Source: Brevibacillus sp. (GTDB taxonomy: Bacteria; Bacillota; Bacilli; Brevibacillales; Brevibacillaceae). From it: DNA of 64,000 nt. The stretch is taken from positions 126-64,125 of the forward strand of contig JACDOF010000016.1 of assembly GCA_017656235.1 (NCBI GenBank). The letters are read 5' to 3'. Within the stretch, counting starts at the first letter, position 1. Each line of letters opens with the position of its first letter. Below the pieces are notes generated by a model. That model was not told the origin of the DNA. It saw only the letters and a list, made by a program, of their open reading frames with translations, and did not search any database. This document shows, piece by piece, positions 35,970-47,925 of this stretch. A program made the translations under genes and the position numbers.

Positions 35970-36094
35970 TCTCCCAACTTTCTTCTTTCACGTGTACAAA
36001 GAAAGGTTTACAATATGGATGGGATCAATCAACCCAACTGGGTAAACCTTTCTCTTATAATTAACCCTTACCTTTTAAGGAGGATTAGGCTCAC

Positions 36095-37285
36095 ATGGCA
36101 AAAGAAAAATTTGAGCGGACCAAACCGCACGTAAACATTGGTACTATCGGTCACGTTGACCACGGTAAAACTACGCTGACTGCTGCTATTACCACTGTTC
36201 TTGCCCAACAAGGGAAAGCGAAGGCAATGGACTACGGCAGCATCGACGCCGCTCCGGAAGAGCGTGAGCGCGGTATCACGATCAACACGGCGCACGTTGA
36301 GTACGAGACGGAAAACCGTCACTATGCGCATGTTGACTGCCCTGGCCACGCTGACTACGTGAAAAACATGATCACCGGTGCAGCCCAAATGGACGGCGCA
36401 ATCCTGGTTGTATCCGCTGCTGACGGTCCGATGCCGCAAACTCGCGAGCACATCCTGCTCTCCCGTCAGGTAGGCGTTCCGTACATCGTCGTATTCATGA
36501 ACAAGTGTGACATGGTTGACGACGAAGAGCTGCTGGAACTGGTTGAGATGGAAATCCGCGACCTGCTCTCCCAATACGAATTCCCGGGTGACGACATCCC
36601 GGTAATCAAGGGTTCTGCTCTGCAAGCCCTGGAAAATCCGACTGGCGAGTGGGCGCAAAAAATCATTGAACTGATGGATGCAGTTGACACTTACATCCCG
36701 ACTCCAGAGCGTGCTACTGACAAACCGTTCCTGATGCCTGTAGAGGACGTATTCACGATCACCGGTCGTGGTACGGTTGCTACCGGTCGCGTAGAGCGCG
36801 GTGTTGTTAAAGTAGGTGACCCGGTAGAAATCGTTGGTCTGGCTGAAGAAACCAAGTCCACCACCGTTACCGGCGTAGAGATGTTCCGCAAGCTGCTCGA
36901 CCAGGCAGAAGCTGGTGACAACATCGGTGCCCTGCTCCGCGGTATTGAGCGTAAAGAAATCGAGCGTGGTCAATGTCTGGCCAAGCCCGGCACCGTTAAG
37001 CCGTACACCAAGTTCAAGTGCGAAGTTTACGTACTGTCCAAAGAAGAGGGCGGACGTCACACTCCGTTCTTTGCCAACTACCGTCCGCAATTCTACTTCC
37101 GCACCACGGACGTAACCGGTATCATCAAGCTGCCGGAAGGCGTAGAGATGGTCATGCCTGGTGACAACACCGAGTTCGAAGTAGAACTGATCGCACCGGT
37201 AGCCATGGAACAAGGTACCCGCTTTGCTATCCGCGAAGGTGGCCGTACCGTTGGTGCCGGCGTGGTATCCCAAATTATCGAGTAA
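36095..37285 (+). CDS. tuf: Elongation factor Tu
   Basis: [21 protein letters not shown]. Confidence 0.99.
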   Translation: MAKEKFERTKPHVNIGTIGHVDHGKTTLTAAITTVLAQQGKAKAMDYGSIDAAPEERERGITINTAHVEYETENRHYAHVDCPGHADYVKNMITGAAQMDGAILVVSAADGPMPQTREHILLSRQVGVPYIVVFMNKCDMVDDEELLELVEMEIRDLLSQYEFPGDDIPVIKGSALQALENPTGEWAQKIIELMDAVDTYIPTPERATDKPFLMPVEDVFTITGRGTVATGRVERGVVKVGDPVEIVGLAEETKSTTVTGVEMFRKLLDQAEAGDNIGALLRGIERKEIERGQCLAKPGTVKPYTKFKCEVYVLSKEEGGRHTPFFANYRPQFYFRTTDVTGIIKLPEGVEMVMPGDNTEFEVELIAPVAMEQGTRFAIREGGRTVGAGVVSQIIE

Positions 37286-37302
37286 TTGGCCGTTAGTGCC
37301 CG

Positions 37303-37338
37303 AAGAACCTGGCAGCCCATGCTGTCAGGTTCTTTTTC
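37303..37338 (+). terminator. Terminator after tuf
   Basis: AAGAACCTGGCAGC-CCAT-GCTGTCAGGTTCTT followed by a T-tract. Confidence 0.85.
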
Positions 37339-37519
37339 ACCAATAAGCATGTAGAAGTAGTGGGGCCCAAGGGGGTCCCTATATTCATGTATGGATAAGA
37401 CAGAGGGAGGCATTATCGAACGGTTTGATGACACTCATCAAAAACCTTCATAACGGCTGTGATTCAGGTGTGCTAGAATACAGCAATAGCGCAAGAGTAA
37501 TCAAGAGAGAAGGAAAACC

Positions 37520-38455
37520 ATGCGGGACAATGAAAAAACGGTTTATCTGCTGCTTGGCGGGGTCATCCTCCTGTGGGGCTTAAATGTCGTGATGGTCAAG
37601 TACTTGTCTTTCTTTCCGCCGGTGTTGATCGCGGCCATTCGCATGAGCATTGCGGCCTTGGTGCTGCTGCCGTTTGTCTGGTGGAAAATGAGAAGAACAA
37701 GACTGCAGCGGCAGGATTGGCTGTTCATATGTGGTGTGAGTGTTAGTTCGATTACCCTGCATCAGATATTTATTGCCTCAGGTGTTCAGCATACATCGGC
37801 GGGCAACGCATCGCTCATCCTGGGTCTTAATCCGCTGGTGACCACCCTGCTCGCCGTACCCTTCCTCGGCGAACCCCTCACCAAGCGGAAGTTGGCCGGA
37901 ATCGGCATGGGCTTTATCGGCGTGCTGCTGGTCGTATTCATGCAGGCTGGGGCGAGTGGGGTGGCATGGCGTGGTTACGGCGATCTGCTCATCTTTTTGT
38001 CCATGCTGATGTACGTCATCGGGGGATTGTTGATACGCAAGGCGACGGCGCGTGGCACGCACGTGCTGGTGGTCACCGCGTATTCGCATGGGATCGCTTC
38101 CCTGTTGTTGTGGTTCATATCGCTGGTGGTATATCCGGCGGAAGTGTTTGCTTCCATTGACACCAGGCCGTTTACCTGGTTGGTGATCGTGTCGTCCGGT
38201 GCGTTTGCAACCGGTCTGGGAACACTCGGTTGGAATTACGGGATCAGGCAGTTGGGGGCGGGGAGGACGGCCATCTTTCTCAACGGGATGCCGCTCGCCA
38301 GCCTGTTTTTTGCCGCGCTGCTGTTGGGGGAAACGCTCCATCTTCTTCATCTGGTGGCGCTGGCGATGATCGTGCTCGGTGTCTATCTCGGCTCCTACCA
38401 GCGAAGAGCGGCTTCCATTGGTTCAGAAAAGCTGGGCAAACAACTGTACGGGTGA
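37520..38455 (+). CDS. EamA/DMT family transporter
   Basis: About 10 hydrophobic helices in two repeats; ASLILGLNPL, LGEPLT, PLASLFFAALLLGETL. Confidence 0.9.
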   Translation: MRDNEKTVYLLLGGVILLWGLNVVMVKYLSFFPPVLIAAIRMSIAALVLLPFVWWKMRRTRLQRQDWLFICGVSVSSITLHQIFIASGVQHTSAGNASLILGLNPLVTTLLAVPFLGEPLTKRKLAGIGMGFIGVLLVVFMQAGASGVAWRGYGDLLIFLSMLMYVIGGLLIRKATARGTHVLVVTAYSHGIASLLLWFISLVVYPAEVFASIDTRPFTWLVIVSSGAFATGLGTLGWNYGIRQLGAGRTAIFLNGMPLASLFFAALLLGETLHLLHLVALAMIVLGVYLGSYQRRAASIGSEKLGKQLYG

Positions 38456-38456
38456 A

Positions 38457-38500
38457 GAAAAAAACCAAGCGGAAGCTACAAGGGCTCCGCTTGATTTTCT
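38457..38500. terminator. Bidirectional terminator between the EamA and globin genes
   Basis: CAAGCGGA (38466-38473) / TCCGCTTG (38486-38493) with an A-tract on the left and a T-tract on the right; overlaps the globin stop codon. Confidence 0.6.
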
Positions 38501-38883
38501 TCCATTGTGTTCACCATGTGGTAAGCCGTCATCGTCAGCCGCTGAAAGATCGCTTCCCGCACTTCGCCGGTGAGGCCGATCCGATCCATCGCTTCCTTCA
38601 TGCAGGCAAGCCAGGCTTGGGCTCGCCTTGGTGTAATGGGAAAGCGCAGGTGGCGCGCTCGCAGCATGGGGTGGCCGTAGCGCTGGCTGTACAAGGCGGG
38701 GCCACCCAGATATTGGGTAAGAAAACGGTATTGCTTCTCTTTCGTTTCTGTTAAATCGTCAGGAAAGAGCGGAGCCAGATCCGGGTGCTGTTTAACCAGG
38801 TCGTAAAAGGTGTCAACCAGGCGGGCAACTGTCTCATCGCCGCCGATCATCTCATACGGATTGTCCAGTTGTTGGTGGGACAT
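38476..38883 (-). CDS. Group II truncated haemoglobin (YjbI-like)
   Basis: ATG 38883 with RBS GAAGGGAG, 135 aa. YEMIGG, FYDLV (Tyr B10), YLGGPALY, GHPMLRARH (proximal His), AQAWL (Trp G8). Confidence 0.92.
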   Translation of the reverse strand: MSHQQLDNPYEMIGGDETVARLVDTFYDLVKQHPDLAPLFPDDLTETKEKQYRFLTQYLGGPALYSQRYGHPMLRARHLRFPITPRRAQAWLACMKEAMDRIGLTGEVREAIFQRLTMTAYHMVNTMEENQAEPL

Positions 38884-39098
38884 GCACGCTGCTCCCTTCT
38901 TCAATGGAAAGTAGATGCTCGGCTTCATTGTACCACAGCCGGGAAACGTGCTGATAGAAGCGTGTGCCCGCAGGTGGCTGGAAGCCACTTCCGCTTGCGC
39001 ACTCGGGCAGAAATCGGTAAGATAGGCGAAGTGAGTCCAAGCAGGTATCAAAGAAGGATTTGTACAGAAAAGATAGGCGGCTGACAAAGGAAAAAATC

Positions 39099-39127
39099 TT
39101 GCGTCGCCTATTCGTTTTTAGTACAAT
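39099..39127 (+). promoter_or_regulatory. SigA promoter of the S10 operon
   Basis: TTGCGT - 17 nt - TACAAT. Confidence 0.65.
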
Positions 39128-39149
39128 AGTGAATGTTGGTCATGGACTT

Positions 39150-39230
39150 GCGATGAAGTGGGAGGTTGCTGACACGCCTGGCCCCTTTGCCATGGCTAGG
39201 GTGCAGGATATTTCCACGGAGAAATGTCCG
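39150..39230 (+). promoter_or_regulatory. S10 operon leader RNA
   Basis: GCGATGAAG..GAGGTTGC.GACAC..GGCC.CTTTGCCATGGC...CACGGAGAA resembles the Bacillus rpsJ leader as I recall it. Confidence 0.75.
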
Positions 39231-39234
39231 TTAG

Positions 39235-39570
<336 letters not shown>

Positions 39571-39716
39571 GCCAAAAATGCGACACACGCGCAGGCGTTG
39601 TCTTGATAACAGACCAACGATGCGGTCCCGACGCTGCTCGGGAGCCATTCAACCATAACCAACATGGTCATTGACAAGTACGAATGCTGAGGAAACAAGT
39701 ACAGGAGGTGGCACAA

Positions 39717-40346
39717 ATGACCAAAGGAATCTTAGGGAAGAAACTGGGCATGACCCAAGTGTTCGGTCCGAACGGTACGGCAATCGCTGTAACGGTTATT
39801 GAAGCAGGTCCTTGCGTGGTTTTGCAAAAGAAAGACCAGGCAAATGACGGTTATGAAGCGATTCAGCTCGGTTTTGAGGACAAGAAGGAACACCGCGCCA
39901 ACAAGCCTGAAAAAGGGCATGTGGCCAAGGCCAATACGGCACCTAAGCGCTTCATCCGCGAGATTCGCGGGGTAAACCTCGAAGAGTACGAGGTAGGTCA
40001 GGAAGTAAAAGCTGATATTTTTGCCGCAGGAGACATCGTCGATGTGGCAGGTGTGACCAAAGGGAAAGGGTTCCAGGGTGCGATCAAGCGCCACAACCAG
40101 GCGCGAGGCCCGATGGCACACGGTTCCCGTTACCACCGCGGCCCTGGTTCTCTCGGTGCGATTGCCCCGAACCGCGTATTCAAGGGGCAAACGCTGCCGG
40201 GTCAAATGGGTGGCGATAACGTGACGATCCAGAACCTGGAGGTTGTCAAGGTGGATGCAGACCGCAACCTGATTCTGGTGAAAGGTTCCGTGCCGGGTCC
40301 GAAAAACAGCTACGTGGTTGTTCGTTCGGCAGTCAAGAACAAGTAA
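39717..40346 (+). CDS. rplC: 50S ribosomal protein L3
   Basis: [25 protein letters not shown]. Confidence 0.98.
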   Translation: MTKGILGKKLGMTQVFGPNGTAIAVTVIEAGPCVVLQKKDQANDGYEAIQLGFEDKKEHRANKPEKGHVAKANTAPKRFIREIRGVNLEEYEVGQEVKADIFAAGDIVDVAGVTKGKGFQGAIKRHNQARGPMAHGSRYHRGPGSLGAIAPNRVFKGQTLPGQMGGDNVTIQNLEVVKVDADRNLILVKGSVPGPKNSYVVVRSAVKNK

Positions 40347-40363
40347 GGAAAGGAGGAACTGAC

Positions 40364-40987
40364 ATGCCAAAAGTAGCTCTTTACAATCAAACAGGCGCAC
40401 AAGTAGGGGAAATCGAACTGGCCGACAGCGTGTTCGGCATCGAACCCAACCAAGCTGTGCTTTATGATGCAATCGTGATGCAGCAGGCGTCCCAACGCCA
40501 AGGTACGCACGCTGTAAAAAATCGTTCAGAGGTTCGCGGCGGCGGCCGTAAGCCGTGGCGTCAAAAAGGTACCGGTCGTGCCCGTCATGGCTCGATTCGC
40601 GCACCGCAATGGAAAGGCGGCGGTGTTGTATTTGGTCCGACTCCGCGCAAATACGGGTACAAGCTGAACCGTAAAGTTCGCCGTTTGGCGCTGAAATCGG
40701 CGCTTTCCAGCAAGGTGCAAAACAATGAACTGCTGGTGCTGGATGCTCTCACCATTTCTGCTCCCAAAACAAAAGAGATGGTGGCTGTGCTCAACAACCT
40801 GAAAGCAGATCGCAAAGCACTGATCGTTACATCCGAGTTCGATCAAAACGTAGCGCTTTCTTCCCGCAACATTCCGGGTGTGAAGTTTATCGATGCTGCC
40901 GGCATCAATGTTCTTGATTTGGTCGCTCACGACAAGGTGATCGTAACCAAAGATGCGGTTGCCAAAGTAGAGGAGGTGCTCGCCTAA
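40364..40987 (+). CDS. rplD: 50S ribosomal protein L4
   Basis: [20 protein letters not shown]. Confidence 0.98.
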   Translation: MPKVALYNQTGAQVGEIELADSVFGIEPNQAVLYDAIVMQQASQRQGTHAVKNRSEVRGGGRKPWRQKGTGRARHGSIRAPQWKGGGVVFGPTPRKYGYKLNRKVRRLALKSALSSKVQNNELLVLDALTISAPKTKEMVAVLNNLKADRKALIVTSEFDQNVALSSRNIPGVKFIDAAGINVLDLVAHDKVIVTKDAVAKVEEVLA

Positions 40988-41277
40988 TGAAGAGCCATTA
41001 CGATATTATCAAGCGCCCTATCATTACGGAGCGCACCACCGATATGATGGCGGAAAAGAAATACGTTTTTGAGGTACCGCTGAAAGCGAACAAAACCGAA
41101 ATCAAGCAAGCTGTGGAAAAAATCTTCGGCGTCAAGGTGGCAGCTGTCAACACCGTTCGGGTGCCAGCCAAACCGAAACGCTACGGAAAATATGCCGGAT
41201 ACACTTCCGAGTGGAAAAAGGCGATTGTCAAGCTGACGGCTGACAGCAAAGAGCTGGAATTCTACGAAGGCGTGTAA
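40987..41277 (+). CDS. rplW: 50S ribosomal protein L23
   Basis: [17 protein letters not shown]. Confidence 0.98.
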   Translation: MKSHYDIIKRPIITERTTDMMAEKKYVFEVPLKANKTEIKQAVEKIFGVKVAAVNTVRVPAKPKRYGKYAGYTSEWKKAIVKLTADSKELEFYEGV

Positions 41278-41310
41278 TCCCGACGACTATCGATAAGGAG
41301 GGAATAACGA

Positions 41311-42141
41311 ATGGGTATCAAAAAATTTAAACCGACTTCTCCTGGTCGTCGCCAAATGACGGTTTCTACCTTTGAAGAGATTACCACCTCCACCCCGGAG
41401 AAATCTCTTTTAGCGCCGCTTACCAAAAAAGCAGGTCGTAACAACCAAGGTAAAATTACCGTTCGTCATCAAGGTGGCGGTCACAAGCGCAAATACCGCA
41501 TCATCGACTTCAAGCGCAACAAGGACGGGATTCCGGGCCGCGTGGCGACGATTGAGTACGACCCGAACCGTTCCGCCAACATTGCCCTGATCAATTATGC
41601 AGACGGTGAAAAGCGTTACATTCTGGCACCCCTTGGCTTGAAAGTAGGCGACACGGTTGTTTCCGGCCCTGATGCCGACATCAAGACGGGGAATGCCCTG
41701 CCGCTGGAAAAGATTCCGGTTGGTACGACCATCCACAACATTGAGCTGAAGCCTGGCAAAGGTGGACAACTGGTACGGGCAGCCGGTGCGGAAGCGCAGC
41801 TGCTGGGTCGTGACGGGGACTTCGTCATTGTGCGCCTGTCCTCCGGAGAGATTCGCCGGATTCACGGTGTATGCCGGGCAACGATCGGACAGGTCGGCAA
41901 TCTGGATCACGAACTGATCAACATCGGAAAAGCGGGACGTGCCCGTTGGCTGGGCAAGCGGCCGACTGTGCGCGGTAGCGTAATGAACCCGAACGATCAC
42001 CCGCATGGTGGTGGGGAAGGTCGTGCGCCAATCGGACGCAAAGCACCGGTTACGCCGTGGGGTAAACCGACGCTCGGTCTCAAAACCCGCAAGAAAAACA
42101 ACAAGTCCGACAAGTATATCGTTCGCCGCCGCAAGAAGTAA
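41311..42141 (+). CDS. rplB: 50S ribosomal protein L2
   Basis: [22 protein letters not shown]. Confidence 0.99.
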   Translation: MGIKKFKPTSPGRRQMTVSTFEEITTSTPEKSLLAPLTKKAGRNNQGKITVRHQGGGHKRKYRIIDFKRNKDGIPGRVATIEYDPNRSANIALINYADGEKRYILAPLGLKVGDTVVSGPDADIKTGNALPLEKIPVGTTIHNIELKPGKGGQLVRAAGAEAQLLGRDGDFVIVRLSSGEIRRIHGVCRATIGQVGNLDHELINIGKAGRARWLGKRPTVRGSVMNPNDHPHGGGEGRAPIGRKAPVTPWGKPTLGLKTRKKNNKSDKYIVRRRKK

Positions 42142-42191
42142 GGTAAGCTGAAAGAATAACCGAACGCTTGAAAGCGAAGGGAGGTTCACTA

Positions 42192-42473
42192 ATGGGTCGC
42201 AGCTTGAAAAAAGGACCTTTTGTGGATGACCACTTGATGAAAAAAGTCGTTGAGCTGAATGAGAAAAAGGAAAAGCGCGTGATTAAAACCTGGTCTCGCC
42301 GCTCGACGATTTTCCCTGAATTCGTCGGCCACACGTTCGCCGTATACGATGGCCGCAAACACGTTCCGGTGTATGTGACCGAAGACATGGTCGGCCACAA
42401 GCTGGGTGAGTTCGCACCGACTCGTACCTTCAAGGGTCACGCCGACAACGACAAAAAATCCAAGAAGCGTTAA
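42192..42473 (+). CDS. rpsS: 30S ribosomal protein S19
   Basis: [21 protein letters not shown]. Confidence 0.98.
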   Translation: MGRSLKKGPFVDDHLMKKVVELNEKKEKRVIKTWSRRSTIFPEFVGHTFAVYDGRKHVPVYVTEDMVGHKLGEFAPTRTFKGHADNDKKSKKR

Positions 42474-42502
42474 TTTCTCTGCACAGAGAGGAGGTACAAC
42501 TG

Positions 42503-42835
42503 ATGGAAGCTAAAGCAGTTGCTCGCTATATTCGCATTGCTCCTCGCAAAGTCCGTCTGGTCGTGGACTTGATCAGAGGAAAGGAAGTGGGCGAAGCGCT
42601 GGCGATTCTGAAGCACACGCCGAAAGCCGCTTCCCCGGTAGTGGAAAAACTACTCAAGTCGGCTATAGCCAACGCGGAACACAACTACGAAATGGATCCG
42701 AACAACCTCGTGGTAAGCAAGGTGTATGTTGACCAAGGTCCTACCCTTAAGCGATTCCGCCCTCGCGCCATGGGACGCGCAAGCCGCATTAACAAACGGA
42801 CCAGCCACATCACAGTGGTACTGAACGAGAAATAA
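42503..42835 (+). CDS. rplV: 50S ribosomal protein L22
   Basis: [22 protein letters not shown]. Confidence 0.98.
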   Translation: MEAKAVARYIRIAPRKVRLVVDLIRGKEVGEALAILKHTPKAASPVVEKLLKSAIANAEHNYEMDPNNLVVSKVYVDQGPTLKRFRPRAMGRASRINKRTSHITVVLNEK

Positions 42836-42848
42836 GGAGGGAATACGT

Positions 42849-43511
42849 GTGGGTCAAAAGGTAAGTCCGGTTGGTCTTCGAATCGGCATCATCCGCGACT
42901 GGGAATCCAAGTGGTACGCCGATAAGGATTTCGCGACGCTGCTGCATGAAGACCTTCGTATCCGTAAATATATCAAAGACCGCTTGAAAGACGCTGCCGT
43001 CTCCACGATCGAGATCGAACGCGCGGCAAATCGCGTAAACGTGACGATTCACACGGCGAAGCCTGGCATGGTAATCGGGAAAGGCGGCGCGGAAGTTGAG
43101 ACACTGCGCAAAGCCTTGAACGACATGACCGGCAAGCGTGTACACATCAACATCAGTGAAATCAAGAAGCCTGATCTTGACGCAACACTGGTTGCGGAAA
43201 ACATCGCACGCCAGTTGGAGAACCGGATTTCGTTCCGCCGTGCGCAGAAGCAGACGATTGCTCGCACGATGCGCGCAGGAGCTAAAGGGATCAAGACGCT
43301 GGTAAGCGGACGACTGGGCGGCGCAGACATTGCCCGTTCCGAAGGATACAGCGAGGGTACGGTTCCGCTTCACACTCTTCGTGCGGATATCGACTACGGT
43401 ACGGCAGAGGCGCACACCACGTACGGACGTATCGGTGTAAAAGTATGGATTTACCGTGGTGAAGTGCTTCCTGCAAGAAAGAACGTTGCCGATGAGGAAG
43501 GAGGCAAGTAA
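42849..43511 (+). CDS. rpsC: 30S ribosomal protein S3
   Basis: [18 protein letters not shown]. Confidence 0.98.
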   Translation: MGQKVSPVGLRIGIIRDWESKWYADKDFATLLHEDLRIRKYIKDRLKDAAVSTIEIERAANRVNVTIHTAKPGMVIGKGGAEVETLRKALNDMTGKRVHINISEIKKPDLDATLVAENIARQLENRISFRRAQKQTIARTMRAGAKGIKTLVSGRLGGADIARSEGYSEGTVPLHTLRADIDYGTAEAHTTYGRIGVKVWIYRGEVLPARKNVADEEGGK

Positions 43512-43513
43512 TC

Positions 43514-43948
43514 ATGTTGATGCCGAAACGCGTAAAGCACCGCAAGCAGCATCGCGGCCGCATGACCGGTAACGCCAAGGGCGGCACCACGATTGCATTT
43601 GGCGAATACGGTTTGCAAGCACTCGAGCCCTCTTGGGTGACCAACCGCCAGATCGAGGCAGCCCGTATTGCGATGACTCGCTACATTCGCCGCGGTGGTA
43701 AAGTATGGATCAAGATCTTCCCTGACAAACCGATTACGCAAAAACCGCTGGAAGTGCGGATGGGTTCCGGTAAAGGTTCTCCCGAGCACTGGGTAGCTGT
43801 TGTAAAACCGGGCAAGATCATGTTTGAACTGGCTGGTGTATCTGAAGAAGTAGCGCGCGAGGCCATGCGTCTTGCTATGCACAAACTGCCGATCAAGTGC
43901 AAGTTTGTCAAGCGCGAAGAGTTAGGTGGTGACGCACATGAAGGCTAA
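43514..43948 (+). CDS. rplP: 50S ribosomal protein L16
   Basis: [17 protein letters not shown]. Confidence 0.98.
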   Translation: MLMPKRVKHRKQHRGRMTGNAKGGTTIAFGEYGLQALEPSWVTNRQIEAARIAMTRYIRRGGKVWIKIFPDKPITQKPLEVRMGSGKGSPEHWVAVVKPGKIMFELAGVSEEVAREAMRLAMHKLPIKCKFVKREELGGDAHEG

Positions 43949-44135
43949 TGAATTACGCAATCTGACCACTGCCGAAATCGAACGCAACATCAATTCGCTG
44001 AAAGAAGAACTGTTCAACCTTCGCTTCCAATTGGCGACCGGTCAACTGGAAAATACGGCTCGTATCAAGCAAGTGCGCAAGGACATTGCCCGTGCGAAAA
44101 CCATCCTGCGCCAACGTGAATTGGGAATCGGTTAA
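43938..44135 (+). CDS. rpmC: 50S ribosomal protein L29
   Basis: [16 protein letters not shown]. Confidence 0.97.
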   Translation: MKANELRNLTTAEIERNINSLKEELFNLRFQLATGQLENTARIKQVRKDIARAKTILRQRELGIG

Positions 44136-44156
44136 TAAGGGAAGGAGGTTTGATTG

Positions 44157-44423
44157 ATGACGGCAGAACGCAATCAACGCAGAACCATGGTAGGACGCGT
44201 GGTATCCGACAAGATGGATAAAACCATCGTGGTCTTGGTTGAAACCTATAAAAAGCATCCGCTGTACGGCAAGCGTGTAAAATACTCCAAGAAGTTTAAG
44301 GCTCATGACGAAAACAACAAGGCGAAAATCGGTGACATTGTGGAGATTATGGAGACGCGCCCGCTGTCCCGTGACAAACGGTTCCGCCTTGTACGGATCG
44401 TCCAAGAAGCTGTTATTGTATAA
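44157..44423 (+). CDS. rpsQ: 30S ribosomal protein S17
   Basis: [17 protein letters not shown]. Confidence 0.98.
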   Translation: MTAERNQRRTMVGRVVSDKMDKTIVVLVETYKKHPLYGKRVKYSKKFKAHDENNKAKIGDIVEIMETRPLSRDKRFRLVRIVQEAVIV

Positions 44424-44464
44424 TGTAACGTTCGGAGCAACAATCCGAAGGGAGGGACCTTGAG

Positions 44465-44833
44465 ATGATTCAAACGCAAACCAGGCTGGCTGTTGCTGAC
44501 AACTCCGGCGCTAAAGAACTGATGTGCATCAAAGTACTGGGTGGTTCTGGTCGCAAGACGGCCAACATCGGAGATGTTATTGTATGTTCGGTAAAATCCG
44601 CTACACCCGGAGGCGTTGTCAAGAAGGGTCAAGTAGTAAAAGCGGTTGTCGTTCGCAGCAAGCGGGGGGTTCGTCGCAACGATGGCTCCTACATTCGCTT
44701 CGATGAGAACGCGGCTGTGATCATTCGTGACGACAAGTCGCCTCGCGGAACGCGTATCTTCGGACCAGTGGCCCGTGAGCTCCGCGAGAAAGATTTCATG
44801 AAGATCATTTCCCTCGCTCCAGAGGTTCTGTAA
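44465..44833 (+). CDS. rplN: 50S ribosomal protein L14
   Basis: [25 protein letters not shown]. Confidence 0.98.
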   Translation: MIQTQTRLAVADNSGAKELMCIKVLGGSGRKTANIGDVIVCSVKSATPGGVVKKGQVVKAVVVRSKRGVRRNDGSYIRFDENAAVIIRDDKSPRGTRIFGPVARELREKDFMKIISLAPEVL

Positions 44834-44883
44834 TTCCGCATGATTATGCCATGCAGTTTGTTTGATAGGAGGTGCACCAAACG

Positions 44884-45198
44884 ATGCACGTGAAAAAGGG
44901 CGACAATGTGATCGTGATTGCGGGCAAAGACAAGGGCAAAAAAGGGCGCGTGCTGGCTGCCTACCCGAAACAAGAGCGTGTATTGGTGGAAGGGATTAAC
45001 CTGGTGAAAAAGCATACCCGTCCGTCTCAATCCAATCCGCAAGGCGGTATTGTTACGCAAGAGGCTCCAATCCACGTATCCAACGTTTCGTTGATCGATC
45101 CGAAAACCGGAAAACCTACCCGCATCGGGTACAAAGTACTGGAGAACGGAAAGAAAGTTCGGGTTGCAAAAAAATCTGGCGAAATAATCGACAAGTAG
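44884..45198 (+). CDS. rplX: 50S ribosomal protein L24
   Basis: MHVKKGD KOW motif, EAPIHVSNV. Confidence 0.98.
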   Translation: MHVKKGDNVIVIAGKDKGKKGRVLAAYPKQERVLVEGINLVKKHTRPSQSNPQGGIVTQEAPIHVSNVSLIDPKTGKPTRIGYKVLENGKKVRVAKKSGEIIDK

Positions 45199-45224
45199 TC
45201 AGGTCGGAAGGGAGGTTGTCTTAG

Positions 45225-45767
45225 ATGGCAGCAAGATTGAAGGAAAAGTACTTGAAAGAGATCGTTCCAAGCCTGATGGCGAAGTTTAACTACAGTTCTG
45301 TCATGCAGGTACCGAAAGTGGAGAAAGTGGTAATCAACATGGGGGTTGGCGAAGCTGTCGGCAATGCCAAGGCACTTGACTCCGCTGTAGAGGACCTGCA
45401 AATCATTTCCGGTCAGAAGCCGGTCGTGACCCGCGCCAAAAAATCGATCGCAGGTTTTAAACTGCGTGAGGGGATGGCGATCGGTGCGAAAGTGACGCTG
45501 CGCGGTGAGCGCATGTATCATTTCCTTGACAAACTGATGAATGTATCCCTGCCGCGTGTGCGTGACTTCCGCGGAGTTTCTCCCAAAGCATTCGATGGAC
45601 GCGGAAACTACACGCTGGGACTGAAAGAACAGCTGATCTTCCCGGAGATCGAGTACGATAAAATCGACAAGGTTCGCGGTATGGATGTCGTCATCGTAAC
45701 CTCCGCGAAAACGGATGAAGAAGCGCGTGAACTGTTGTCGCAAATGGGAATGCCATTCCGGAAATAA
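45225..45767 (+). CDS. rplE: 50S ribosomal protein L5
   Basis: [21 protein letters not shown]. Confidence 0.98.
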   Translation: MAARLKEKYLKEIVPSLMAKFNYSSVMQVPKVEKVVINMGVGEAVGNAKALDSAVEDLQIISGQKPVVTRAKKSIAGFKLREGMAIGAKVTLRGERMYHFLDKLMNVSLPRVRDFRGVSPKAFDGRGNYTLGLKEQLIFPEIEYDKIDKVRGMDVVIVTSAKTDEEARELLSQMGMPFRK

Positions 45768-45792
45768 ACCCCGATCGTAAGGAGGGAAACAT

Positions 45793-45978
45793 GTGGCGAA
45801 GAAATCGATGATCGTTAAGCAGCAGCGCAAGCCGAAGTTCGCCGTTCGTGCTTATACGCGTTGTGAACGCTGCGGCCGCCCGCACTCGGTGCTGCGTAAA
45901 TTCAAACTGTGCCGTATTTGCTTCCGTGAATTGGCCTACAAAGGTCAAATCCCTGGTGTAAAGAAAGCCAGTTGGTAA
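45793..45978 (+). CDS. rpsN: 30S ribosomal protein S14, zinc-binding type Z
   Basis: 61 aa, CERC...[13 protein letters not shown]. Confidence 0.97.
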   Translation: MAKKSMIVKQQRKPKFAVRAYTRCERCGRPHSVLRKFKLCRICFRELAYKGQIPGVKKASW

Positions 45979-46005
45979 CCTAGACGGGAAGGAGGTTTTT
46001 TTGAG

Positions 46006-46404
<399 letters not shown>

Positions 46405-46434
46405 TTTTCGATTTACGCACAGGAGGTGCAAGAC

Positions 46435-46971
46435 ATGTCTCGTGTCGGTAAAAAACCGATAGCGATCCCTGCAGGCGTTACTGTCAGCTTGAACGGAACG
46501 GAACTGACAGTAAAGGGCCCTAAGGGTACTCTCGTACGCAGCTTTCATCCAGATATGAAAATCAGTGTCAACGACAACGAAGTTGTTGTTGAACGTCCAA
46601 GTGATAACAAACAGCATCGTTCCCTGCACGGAACGACCCGCGCGCTCATTGCCAATATGGTGGCCGGTGTTTCTGAAGGGTTCAGCCGTACGCTGGAACT
46701 GGTTGGTGTCGGATATCGTGCGGCTAAAGCGGGGAAAGGTGTAACGTTGTCGCTCGGTTTCTCCCACCCGGTGGAAATCACGCCTGAAGAGGGCATTGAG
46801 ATTGAAGTGCCGAACCAAACGACACTTGTTATTAAAGGGATTGACAAGGAGCGCGTTGGTCAAGTCGCAGCAGAAATCCGTTCGATCCGCAAACCTGAAC
46901 CGTATAAAGGGAAAGGGATCAAGTACAGCGACGAAGTTATCCGCCGCAAGGAAGGGAAAAAAGGTAAGTAA
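46435..46971 (+). CDS. rplF: 50S ribosomal protein L6
   Basis: [18 protein letters not shown]. Confidence 0.98.
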   Translation: MSRVGKKPIAIPAGVTVSLNGTELTVKGPKGTLVRSFHPDMKISVNDNEVVVERPSDNKQHRSLHGTTRALIANMVAGVSEGFSRTLELVGVGYRAAKAGKGVTLSLGFSHPVEITPEEGIEIEVPNQTTLVIKGIDKERVGQVAAEIRSIRKPEPYKGKGIKYSDEVIRRKEGKKGK

Positions 46972-47004
46972 GCTGGTTAGTTTGATGAGAAGGGAGGCCG
47001 CGTA

Positions 47005-47367
47005 ATGTTTACGAAAGCCGATAAGAATAAAGCACGGAAAAAACGTCATCTTCGCATTCGCAGACGTTTGTCTGGCACGGCTGTGCGTCCGCGTTTGAAC
47101 GTATTCCGTTCTTCCAAGCACATCTACGCCCAACTGATTGACGATGTAGCGGGTCATACGCTGGTAAGCGCATCTTCGCTTGACAAAGAGCTGGGTCTTA
47201 AAAACGGCGGCAACATCGAGGCTGCTGCGGCTGTAGGCAGCCTGATCGCAAAGCGGGCGCAAGAAAAAGGATATACGGAAGTCGTATTTGACCGTGGAGG
47301 CTATCTCTATCACGGACGTGTCAAAGCTCTGGCAGAAGCTGCCCGTGAAGCTGGTTTGCAATTCTAA
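47005..47367 (+). CDS. rplR: 50S ribosomal protein L18
   Basis: [21 protein letters not shown]. Confidence 0.98.
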   Translation: MFTKADKNKARKKRHLRIRRRLSGTAVRPRLNVFRSSKHIYAQLIDDVAGHTLVSASSLDKELGLKNGGNIEAAAAVGSLIAKRAQEKGYTEVVFDRGGYLYHGRVKALAEAAREAGLQF

Positions 47368-47407
47368 GCTACGAGACACGATTGCCTGTAAACAAGGAGG
47401 GTAAGGA

Positions 47408-47905
47408 ATGCGTATCGACGCTAGCAAATTAGAGCTGGAAGAGAAAGTCGTCGCCGTTAACCGCGTTGCCAAAGTGGTTAAGGGTGGACGTCGCTTCAGC
47501 TTCAGCGCACTGGTCGTTGTCGGCGACCGAAACGGCCATGTAGGCGCAGGCATGGGGAAAGCTCAGGAGGTACCTGATGCGATCCGCAAAGCTATTGAAG
47601 ACGCGAAGAAAAACCTGATCCGCGTGCCGCTCAAAGGTACGACGATCCCGCACGAGGTGTTGTGCCACTTCGGTTCCGGTAAAGTGCTGATCAAGCCGGC
47701 TTCCGAAGGTACCGGAGTTATCGCCGGCGGCCCGGTTCGTGCCGTGCTTGAGTTGGCCGGTGTGGGCGACGTACTGAGCAAGTCGCTGGGTTCCAACAAC
47801 CCGATCAACATGGTCAACGCTACGCTGGAGGGCCTGAAGCGCCTGAAGACAGCGGAAGAAGTTGCGAAGCTGCGCGGTAAGACGGTCGACGAACTGTTAG
47901 GATAA
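47408..47905 (+). CDS. rpsE: 30S ribosomal protein S5
   Basis: [18 protein letters not shown]. Confidence 0.98.
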   Translation: MRIDASKLELEEKVVAVNRVAKVVKGGRRFSFSALVVVGDRNGHVGAGMGKAQEVPDAIRKAIEDAKKNLIRVPLKGTTIPHEVLCHFGSGKVLIKPASEGTGVIAGGPVRAVLELAGVGDVLSKSLGSNNPINMVNATLEGLKRLKTAEEVAKLRGKTVDELLG

Positions 47906-47925
47906 AAGTGAGGAGGGAACGAGAG

